Of a stretch of 58,139 nt of DNA, positions 18,701 to 26,600 are shown one piece after another. Under the pieces are notes generated by a model. The model was not told where the DNA came from. It saw only the letters and a list, made by a program, of their open reading frames with translations, and searched no databases. The position numbers and the translations under genes were made by a program. This stretch comes from Bacteroidaceae bacterium (lineage in GTDB: Bacteria; Bacteroidota; Bacteroidia; Bacteroidales; Bacteroidaceae): the NCBI GenBank assembly GCA_017467015.1, contig JAFTTA010000204.1, forward strand, positions 1 to 58,139, read 5' to 3'. Numbering within the stretch: the stretch's first letter is position 1; the number at the start of each line of letters is the position of its first letter.

Positions 18701-19446
18701 AACCCGATGCAGTAGACAATATAATCTTCCGCAAGGAGGGACGACAATTGACACCGACTTCGCAAAAAGCAGACAATATTAATTCACGTCAGCCAAAATC
18801 AGCGTCAACGCGTTTCCTTTTCAATCTGCAAATAGCAAACGAAGAAGCATTGGGCGATGAAACCCGTGTGGTAATAAACGAAAAGGCATCTATCGGCTAC
18901 GACATGCAGTCCGATGCTGCCAAGTTCATGAGCATAAAGAACAATGTACCACAGATATTCACTGTAGATGCCGAAGGAAACAGCTATGCCATCAACGAAC
19001 GTCCCATTGTCGATAGTACCGTTAAACTGGGCTACTGCGTTTCGCAGACAGGCTTCTATACAATAAGCGCAATCGGTGCAGATGGAGAGATAGAACTCAT
19101 AGACAATTTGCTGAACAAAAGCATAGACCTTACCGAGCAGAGCTATCTGTTCCATTCGGGAGCAACAGCCGGCAACAACACCACACGTTTCACTCTGAAA
19201 ATAACAGTAGACAATAACGGGCTTACTAATGTCGACGATACCGATGTAACCGAAACAATTGTTAACGCAAGCAAAGGTATCATTAATATCATGACGGGCT
19301 CAACAATGCCGTACACCGTATACACGCTTGACGGTCGAGTAGTGGCAAGTGGCGAGACAGAAACAGCGCCTGTGAAAGTGGCACTTCCCGCAGGCACTTA
19401 CGTTGTACGCCTTGATAACAAAGTGCTCAAAACAATTGTATTTTAA
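15706..19446 (+). CDS. BspA-like leucine-rich-repeat surface protein, T9SS cargo
   Basis: 1246 aa with a signal peptide. GH2-N-like galactose-binding jelly roll (DDASWGVV, YWVRRNFTL, NGHLVYE, GENVLAVK). Two paralogous modules of about 120 aa (..TYPW..). BspA-type LRRs (IGENAF, IGGFAF, LPSQAFYGC, IGNYCFYG, ISDFAF, LEYRAFDNC). C-terminal T9SS CTD (YTVYTLDGRVV..GTYVVRLDNKVLKTIVF). Confidence 0.88.
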   Translation: MKKTFSSTLLINVLIALLCVENLYAEAILPYGQFTKEPWQGKYYYALNTEGAAAADWYTSDFDDASWGVVSGPMNTSLSNYKYAATKWSENYSTYWVRRNFTLTSISDDDVFAMFFIHDDECSAYLNGHLVYESNNVNSNTITTILTDEMKNYLKTGENVLAVKTCDSDGGEAYMDFGLYKYDNDGCIFGITDVNVDITNDTEYPWCVDTSNLCSVNGNKGKANSVSSISLTFESEYRTEIMFDWSCYNSSNHSLQCYVDGELKATTTNSDYSTPRFYLEDGKHTVTFRDTIGNSTSLYNDSRVRNFSVKEIKPLESAVLSPASKQIKFANDVTYPWIIKNDYIQNTNYGVANSISTFHTTFTIDETSKLSFERLVAPYGTYWNSTTSSWDSNQELRTIINNETYISDVRVEEWSKFSLVLEPGTYTVEWKDTIANTTSDYYSRIRNIELSSEWLEVELASAGTLGVEVLHKVDVLTDIDLLKISGKLNADDWAKIKQMSNLVALDLSEAVFDTLPASAFENLAVFTSVKLREGVTTIGENAFRGTNIRKISIPSTVTSIGGFAFYRTPLLEVNFAADSKLSFLGENVFAYCEQLKGIELPNSLTVLPSQAFYGCKKISKLVLPAKIEEIGNYCFYGNESLSKLILPESLRTISDFAFAELHLCDTVILPVRLATLEYRAFDNCTGLKYVELPSYLSSIQSVFSGCPNIATIVCKAATPLSITYNDPFPSVNKSNVTLCVPSFAVVDYKFDAYWYQFGAITEGDDVGYWKIVDKLALTSNRRMQGAPDIDLYYGGSLTVGGNAPMEVSMFNMYINETNPGQLLNNTTDFTADSINIYFEVAADIWYFITPMYDVDLSEVTHSNNASFVFRYYDSESRAANGAGGSWKNVTDSKLLAGQGYIFQCSRQGVVTFPTGADDAVQAQLFASADINKALTAHDAELSANKNWNYVGNPYPSYYDIHYIDFTAPITVWTGNTYKAYSIADDELVLRPMQSFFVQKPDAVDNIIFRKEGRQLTPTSQKADNINSRQPKSASTRFLFNLQIANEEALGDETRVVINEKASIGYDMQSDAAKFMSIKNNVPQIFTVDAEGNSYAINERPIVDSTVKLGYCVSQTGFYTISAIGADGEIELIDNLLNKSIDLTEQSYLFHSGATAGNNTTRFTLKITVDNNGLTNVDDTDVTETIVNASKGIINIMTGSTMPYTVYTLDGRVVASGETETAPVKVALPAGTYVVRLDNKVLKTIVF
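17068..17870 (+). repeat. BspA-type (LRR_5-like) leucine-rich repeat array
   Basis: About 10 degenerate units of roughly 23-25 aa, each with an I/L-x-x-x-A-F-x-x-C/T core. Confidence 0.75.
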
Positions 19447-19472
19447 TAATTTAAACAATTAAATCTTTCAAC

Positions 19473-22400
19473 ATGAGAGGTTACAAAAGCATACTCTTGC
19501 TGCTGACGCTGATATTTTGCGTCGGCATACAGGGGCAATACATACAAGCAAAGCCATCAGCAACTACGGGTGAATATGGTACAAATACCATGTTCATAGA
19601 AAATATATCCGGAATGCAAGACAGCCTTATAACCATAGATGTAAATATGGTTAACGATGTCGATGTGACAGCATTCCAATTCGACCTTTACCTTCCCGAT
19701 GGTCTTACCATCGTCGAAAATGAAGGCTCTCCGCTTATAACCCTCTCGAATGATAGGAAAACCCCTTCCCACACAATCGAATGCTACACGCAACCATCCG
19801 GTGCAATGAGTGTAATCTCCTATTCCATGGATAGCTCTGTCTACAAACTCAGCGAAGGCACCATCGTCAAAATACAGGCAAAAGTATCATCGTCCATGAG
19901 TGTCGGCGAGCACAACATAACGATGAAAAACATTCGTTTGGTAAAGCCTGACGCCAAGGAACTGGTAACAGTATCGCGCACCTCTCTTTTCACTGTAAAA
20001 GGGCTGACCCCTTCGGTTTATACACTGACACTTAGGTCCATCCCCGAGGATGCCGGAAGTTTCAATATAAATACGGAAACAACCTACACACGAGAGACCA
20101 ATGTGTCGTTGCGAGCATACAAAAACAACGGGTTCGACTTTGTCGGATGGGAACTCGATGGAGAAATAATATCAACATCCATGTCGTTAGTATACACCAT
20201 GCCTACAAAAAACATACAGCTCACTGCACGATACGAGTATAATCCCGACAATCCCTCGGAGCCCGATGTGCCTGTGATACCCCTCTATAGCACCCTGAAC
20301 TTAGCAGTAACACCAAGTGAGGCGGGATACATAAGCTTGATAACAGGTAACAAGTACGAAGTAGGTACAATAGTCAATATCAGTGCCTACAACTATACGA
20401 ACTTTAAATTCAAGAACTGGACATGCAATGGCGTGGTAATCTCCACCGACTATTCATTCAGCTACACCATGCAATCGGGAAATCCCACATTGGTGGCAAA
20501 TTATGAATATGCTCCCGACAACCCCGGGGAACCACAAGAACCATTGCTATATCACACCCTGACCATTGAAAGTAATCCGGTCGAAGGTGGATATTTCAAT
20601 ATCCCATCCGGTAACAAATATCAGGCAAACAGCATCGTAAACTTGTCTGCGTATTCCCACCGATGGTACAAATTTAAAAACTGGACAATAGGTGACAGTG
20701 TTATATCAACATCCGGTAATTTTAGTTACAAAATGCCGGCATGTAATGTGACGCTGACGGCAAATTACACCTACGACTACAATCCCGACGACCCCGACGA
20801 CCCCGATAAACCCACTACGAAAAATACAATCTACGGTATGACCGAAAATGGTGTCCGTGGTCAAAAAATAGTTTACCCTATATATCTTGAGAACACGCCA
20901 TCTGTACGAGATGTAAGTTTCACAATTCAATTTCCCGAAGGCTTTATAGTAACCAAAAATGAAATACAACTTGCAGGACGCGCTTCGGCACACACAATGA
21001 CAATCGATTCGTTGGGTGACAATAAATACAGTTTTAAACTGACAAGCGAAAATGTTTTTGACAATGCCAATGGGAAAATATTAGATATTCCTGTCAACAT
21101 CCCCGACACGGCAGCTATGGCATTCAGTCACCCTGTTACAATCACCAATGCCATTGTTACCGACACGCTTAACGCAATGTCGGCAGGCTCCATCCGCAGT
21201 GGATATATATATGTCGAAAAGGCAACCGAAGAGGGATTATATGCGAAATTCTCGTATGACAAACTGCACGGAAGAGTGAAGTTCACCAACCTCTCTTCCG
21301 AAAAAGCCATCAGCTACACATGGGATTTCGGTGACGGCAATACAAGCAGCGAGAAATCGCCTATGCACACATACAGCAGCTCAGGATATTATACCGTCAA
21401 ACTGAAAGTAACCGGAGCAACGACAGAAGATACGGCTGAATCCATCATTCTCATAAACGACGAAAGCACATGGAAAGCCGGTGGAACATATTTCCTTGCC
21501 GACAAGGAGTACAGTGTGCGCCATTTTACATCTGCCGAATCATTACTTGACTTTATCTCTGTTTCACAAACAGTTACCGAAGATATAAATATCAAAGTCG
21601 GTTCCGACCGAGTTTATATGTTGGATATAAACGACGACAATCTTTCCAATCTCGAAGATATGCGTTCTAAAATATCCTCATCGTCAAATACTCTCCATTT
21701 CACTCCCATTGAAGAGGACGACACCTCTGTAGTGGCATTGGGCAGCGCCGAAGATGATATAACCCCTGCCCTCATAGAGCTCTTCAATAATTTTGCCGGT
21801 TTCACAACAAGTGAAAATGTGAAAATGATGCTCTGTGGAATAGAGTTCAATCCCGGTATGATAAAAACATATTCCGACCAGACAGTTGCATCGGGCGTTC
21901 CAACAAAAGCATTCAACTTTGCAAAAATCAGTCGTGATATTGATTTTCAATGGACATTGGTCACTGTGCCCGACACAACAACCGTCAACGGATTTTTGAC
22001 CTCCGGAGCGGACTCAATACCCTCTATGACAATAATAAACATTGGCACAGAGAGCGTTACACTCACATACCACATTGTAGCCGCATACAACGGAACAACA
22101 TTCTGTGAATTTGACAAGAATATAACCATAATCAGTGCAGATGATTTTGTCTATGAGAGCGAGTGGAACATATTAGTGGCGATAAAAGAACATTTGACCG
22201 CGGGCGGATGGAACACTCCATGGAATATGTCGGCAGGCATTGCATCCGTAGGCTCTCTACACGGAGTGACTATCGACCATGGCTACGTCGTGGATATAGA
22301 TTTATCAATGCAAGGAATAACAAGCACATTCCCTGTCGCAGCATTGCAATTGCAACGTCTGAAATCTCTGTCGTTCGCCCATAATAAAATGAGTGGCGAT

Positions 22401-23639
22401 GTTGCGCGTGACATATTGCAGGCAATGACAATAATAATGGAAAGCAATCCGGAATATGTGTCGCAATTAACCAACCTCAATCTTTCCGACAATAAATTCA
22501 GTGGCAACATAGGATTGCTATCGTCGCTATCATCCGTGTTTGCAAATCTTGAAACCCTGAACGCATCAGGTAACCTTTTTGCCGACCTGTATCCGGTGCT
22601 CCCATTGAGTATCACAAACCTTAATCTTTCCGGACAATCAACCGATGCGATTGTAAATACAGATATCAACAATATTACCACAGAGACCGTTCGTTCGTTG
22701 CCTCGCATTCTCACCTACAACCATAAAGAGCAGATGTACAATCTTCTCCCATCGCTACGACTGACAAACTATCGTCCGACAGATGCCACGGCGAGCGGCT
22801 CATGGGGAATAGAAGCAGATGCCTCCTCGGGAACGACTACTCTGAGAGGGCTTGAAGACTATGTATATAAAGGTCAGAGCGGTGACACCCTCTACCTCTC
22901 ATATCCCGATGCCGACGTAGAAGTTGAAAATTCATATTGTCGAACAATATTTAATTTCAGCATAGGTGACGCAAACTTTTTGGGAGGAGTGGATGCAACC
23001 GATCTCCAAAGTACCATACTATATATCTTTGGAGAATATGCCAATCGACCTTTCAACTTCACAGCTGCAAATACGTATGTCGACAACAACATAAATGTAC
23101 AAGATGTAATAAAAACTGTCGATATACTGCTGCAACAAAATGCAGAAGATACTATCACTCAAATAGAAAACAGTCCGATGCCGCAAGCAACCTCAGACGC
23201 GCTCGAAGCAGCAGCGGAGATAATAGCAGAAAACGGACAGATTAAATTGCGTACATCCACCCCCGTGGCTGCCATCTGCATACACACCGCAGGTGATGTA
23301 CAGTGGAATATAAAACCCTACGGGCTGGAGCAGACAACAAGCAAAGGAACGCTGGTTGGATACTCCTTCATGGGAGGGACGTTACCGGCAGGCGAGAACA
23401 TAATAGGAACATACAACGGCGAAATAAACATTAACCGAGTATCACTATCGGATAATAATGCAGATAATATCCCAGTGAACGTCAAGAACGGTCAAATAAC
23501 CTCAATAGATAATATCATGCAGGAGAACGGCGAAGTCACAATATATGACCTCACCGGCGGCAAGCACGATAAGATGAACAAGGGAATAAATATAATAAAG
23601 AGTAGAAGCAATATCATTAAGATATATAACAACAAATAA
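19473..23639 (+). CDS. Scaffoldin-like multidomain T9SS cargo: 2 cohesin-like, 3 InlB-B-type repeats, PKD, LRR and a dockerin-like module
   Basis: 1388 aa with a signal peptide, starting 26 nt after the previous gene. PKD motif YTWDFGDGNTSSEKSPMHTYSSSGYYTVKLKV. C-terminal CTD-like end (VTIYDLTGGKH..INIIKSRSNIIKIY). Module coordinates are listed as separate features. Confidence 0.88.
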   Translation: MRGYKSILLLLTLIFCVGIQGQYIQAKPSATTGEYGTNTMFIENISGMQDSLITIDVNMVNDVDVTAFQFDLYLPDGLTIVENEGSPLITLSNDRKTPSHTIECYTQPSGAMSVISYSMDSSVYKLSEGTIVKIQAKVSSSMSVGEHNITMKNIRLVKPDAKELVTVSRTSLFTVKGLTPSVYTLTLRSIPEDAGSFNINTETTYTRETNVSLRAYKNNGFDFVGWELDGEIISTSMSLVYTMPTKNIQLTARYEYNPDNPSEPDVPVIPLYSTLNLAVTPSEAGYISLITGNKYEVGTIVNISAYNYTNFKFKNWTCNGVVISTDYSFSYTMQSGNPTLVANYEYAPDNPGEPQEPLLYHTLTIESNPVEGGYFNIPSGNKYQANSIVNLSAYSHRWYKFKNWTIGDSVISTSGNFSYKMPACNVTLTANYTYDYNPDDPDDPDKPTTKNTIYGMTENGVRGQKIVYPIYLENTPSVRDVSFTIQFPEGFIVTKNEIQLAGRASAHTMTIDSLGDNKYSFKLTSENVFDNANGKILDIPVNIPDTAAMAFSHPVTITNAIVTDTLNAMSAGSIRSGYIYVEKATEEGLYAKFSYDKLHGRVKFTNLSSEKAISYTWDFGDGNTSSEKSPMHTYSSSGYYTVKLKVTGATTEDTAESIILINDESTWKAGGTYFLADKEYSVRHFTSAESLLDFISVSQTVTEDINIKVGSDRVYMLDINDDNLSNLEDMRSKISSSSNTLHFTPIEEDDTSVVALGSAEDDITPALIELFNNFAGFTTSENVKMMLCGIEFNPGMIKTYSDQTVASGVPTKAFNFAKISRDIDFQWTLVTVPDTTTVNGFLTSGADSIPSMTIINIGTESVTLTYHIVAAYNGTTFCEFDKNITIISADDFVYESEWNILVAIKEHLTAGGWNTPWNMSAGIASVGSLHGVTIDHGYVVDIDLSMQGITSTFPVAALQLQRLKSLSFAHNKMSGDVARDILQAMTIIMESNPEYVSQLTNLNLSDNKFSGNIGLLSSLSSVFANLETLNASGNLFADLYPVLPLSITNLNLSGQSTDAIVNTDINNITTETVRSLPRILTYNHKEQMYNLLPSLRLTNYRPTDATASGSWGIEADASSGTTTLRGLEDYVYKGQSGDTLYLSYPDADVEVENSYCRTIFNFSIGDANFLGGVDATDLQSTILYIFGEYANRPFNFTAANTYVDNNINVQDVIKTVDILLQQNAEDTITQIENSPMPQATSDALEAAAEIIAENGQIKLRTSTPVAAICIHTAGDVQWNIKPYGLEQTTSKGTLVGYSFMGGTLPAGENIIGTYNGEININRVSLSDNNADNIPVNVKNGQITSIDNIMQENGEVTIYDLTGGKHDKMNKGINIIKSRSNIIKIYNNK
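19581..20000 (+). other. Cohesin-like module 1
   Basis: ISGMQDSLITIDVNMVNDVDVTAFQFDLYLPDGLTIVEN ... GTIVKIQAKVS ... HNITMKNIRLV matches the cohesin pattern (a set of strands, the 'FQFDL.LP.G' core, then a final 'I.L.N....' strand). Confidence 0.6.
20016..20800 (+). repeat. Three tandem ~85-aa InlB-B-type (Listeria-Bacteroides) repeats with NPDNPxEP / NPDDPDDPD linkers
   Basis: YTLTLRSIPEDAGSF..FDFVGWELDGEIIS..IQLTARYEYNPDNPSEPD; YSTLNLAVTPSEAGYI..FKFKNWTCNGVVIS..PTLVANYEYAPDNPGEPQ; YHTLTIESNPVEGGYF..YKFKNWTIGDSVIS..VTLTANYTYDYNPDDPDDPD. Confidence 0.8.
20821..21164 (+). other. Cohesin-like module 2
   Basis: IYGMTENGVRGQKIVYPIYLENTPSVRDVSFTIQFPEGFIV ... GKILDIPVNIP ... HPVTITNAIVTD. Confidence 0.55.
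22338..22640 (+). repeat. Short LRR array with LxLSxNxFSGxI-type units
   Basis: LQRLKSLSFAHNKMSGDV .. LTNLNLSDNKFSGNIGLLSSL .. LETLNASGNLFADLYP .. ITNLNLSGQ. Confidence 0.6.
22956..23137 (+). other. Dockerin-like module (two degenerate Ca-loop/helix segments)
   Basis: GDANFLGGVDATDLQSTILYIFG ... ANTYVDNNINVQDVIKTVDILLQQ. These are two 12-residue D/N-rich loops, each ending in D and each followed by an amphipathic helix, spaced as in type I dockerins. Confidence 0.55.
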
Positions 23640-23643
23640 TGCC

Positions 23644-26600
23644 ATGAGCACAAACAAGATAATAACCACAATAACATTTCTGTTGCTTAATACCATTGCA
23701 CTGTTTGCTCAGAATGTGTTGTCCGTTCCGGATGTAACAGTCGCAGCAGGAGAAACCATACGCATTCCCATCAATCTTGACAATACGGAAGATGTGGTGG
23801 CGGCTCAGTTTACCCTCACTGTGCCCGATGGCATAACACTCTCTCCCACATCGGCAACAATGTCGGAGCGTTCAAACGGACACTCAGTCACCATGCGTCG
23901 CATGGCATCCGGAAAGTACATGGTGATGATATTCTCATCAGAGAACAAAGCAATCTTGGGACGTACCGGAAAAATAATGACGGTTAATATCAGTGCCGCC
24001 GCCTCAATGCAGGAAGATTCTCAACACGAAATGAGCCTTTCAGACGTCATCATAGGTGCTCGTGATGGCTCTAATATAGTATCCTCGTTCAATACAGGAA
24101 AAATAATTATAGCACCAGCCCCCGACCTCGCAGTGTCTAATGTCTCAACAGACAGACAAGAATTCAATCCTGCGGAAAGAATAACAGTCTCATGGACGGT
24201 AACAAACGTGGGAGGCAGCACAACGCGAGGCGGATGGAGCGAGCAAATCACACTTGTATCGACAGATGGAGAAACAACCACCCTCATCGGGCGAGTGTAT
24301 CACAACGAAAAACTTGCCATAGCAACACCACTCACTCGTCAGGTAGATATAGAACTGCCTAAAATATTAGAAATGGATGGCAACTGTCGTCTACAAGTGA
24401 AACTTATAGCAAACAGCGATGCAGGCGAACACTCCGAATCGACCGATAACAATGTGGCACATACAGATGTCACAACAGGTAAAAAAATATACCTTAGCAT
24501 CCCCGACGTTCCTATAGAAGAAAATATCGGCACGCCCGTTCGTTGCAAACTTTCACGTAGTGGAAATCGTGACAGCGAAGAACTTTTTACATTAAACTGC
24601 TCCAACAACGCGCGAGTAAAAATACCCTCAACAGTTACCATCCCCGATAAAAGTTCCGAGGTCTACTTCTATGCCGAAGTAGTAGACAATGACACCATTG
24701 ATGGGCAGACCCGTGTCGCAATAACCGCAACAAACAACGATTATCTTCCCGTAGAAGCAGAGATGCTTATAAAAGATAATGAATATCCTACTTTGAGCGT
24801 AGCATCGTCAAAATCAATAATCACGGAAGGAGAAAAATTCACACTGACAATAACCACTGAAAAAGCCTCTGTCGAACCTATAAACATAACACTGACAAGC
24901 GAGTATAGTAAAAAATTCAGCTTCCCATCACAAATAATCATACTGCCCGGCGAAAAAGAGACCACTGTTGAAGTCGCTACAGTAGACGACGACATCCCCG
25001 ATGCCTCGGTTGGTGCAACATTCTATGTATCCTCTACCGACTGTAACAATGGCGAAACGGTAGTCTTGTTGCACGACAACGACCTGCCCGAAATAGAGCT
25101 GACATTTGCTCCCGACACCGTTAGTGAGTCTGCCGGAGCAACAGCGGTAGTTGCAATATTGCGTCGATTGACAAACTGCGATAAAAAAGCAACCATCAAC
25201 CTCAGCGACAATTCAGAAGGCAAACTTTTGTATTCTACAAAAAGTGTCACTATGGATGCAGGAATAAGCGAACAGCAGATAACTATCGGCGTCATAGACG
25301 ATAATACGATAAACGGCGAACAGAAATATACAATAACAGCAGCGCTTTATCTCACTTCATGTAATTGCTCCGCCACAGGAACCAATGGAGGCGTGGTAAC
25401 ACGTACATTGACAATCCTCGACGACGATGCTGCATCGCTTGCCCTTGCCTCCTCAAAGTCAATGCTTGTAGAAGGGGCCGAAGAAGCAACCACACTTACC
25501 ATTACCCGCAACACAGACACGTCAGCTCCTCTCGTTGTTACCCTCACAAGCAGCAACGACGAAAAACTCATCTATGAGAGAACCGTGGAAATTCCCGTAG
25601 GAGAATCATCTGTCACCACGCTTGTATCGGTAAAAGGTGATGATGTTGTAACCCCCGACCAAACAGTAACATTCACAGCCGTTGCTGATGGACATACTAA
25701 AGGAACATGTTGGGCAATGGTTACCGATAATAGTTATCCCGATGTCATCATTGACAGTCTGCGCGTACAGTCCTTAACAATGGAGGCATCGTCTATTGCA
25801 GAAATTGCTCTCACCATCAAAAACGATGGCGTGACCACCATGCCCTCAAATGCAAAGGCTGAAATATATATAAACAACATATTAACCACAACCCTATACA
25901 CACTTGATTGCCTTGAACCGGGCGAGAGCACCACTTTGGTCAAACAAGTGGCAATGCCTGCCACACCCGGCACCCATACACTTCATGCCACAATAAATAA
26001 CGACAAGAAAATCAAAGAACTGACATATCTAAACAATACATCGGAAAAAGTTCTCTTGACATTGCTCTCGCAATATACCTTAACGGCAAATACAGATAAG
26101 GCAATATATCAGTCGGGCGAAAATATCAAGATAAGTGGTGAAGCGACAGGAACAAATACCACAAACGCCCAAGTTGAAATATACATCATAAACAGTGGTG
26201 TCCGCCGGACAATGACAACCACCACAGATGCCACCGGTAAGTACTCGGTAACATGGAAACCATATAGCAATCAATCGGGACATTTTGTTGTAGGTGCGTG
26301 TCAGCCCGGTGAAAATTCCATGGAAGAACAAACTGCATTCGATGTTTATGGACTGAAGTTAGCAACAACATCGCCCATTCTTTGCGAAACATTTGTCGAT
26401 GAACCGTATAATGGAGTAGTACCCCTCGTCAATCCCGGACAATTGGCACTCACTAATATAAAAGCAGAAATTATTTCGGCACCAGAGGGATGCTCTGTGG
26501 AATTTACTCCAATAGAGAAAATAGAAGGCGATGCAACGGCAAACCTTGCATTCACCATCAATAGTCAAGCACCCTCTACAGCAAGTGATTGGGAACAAAT

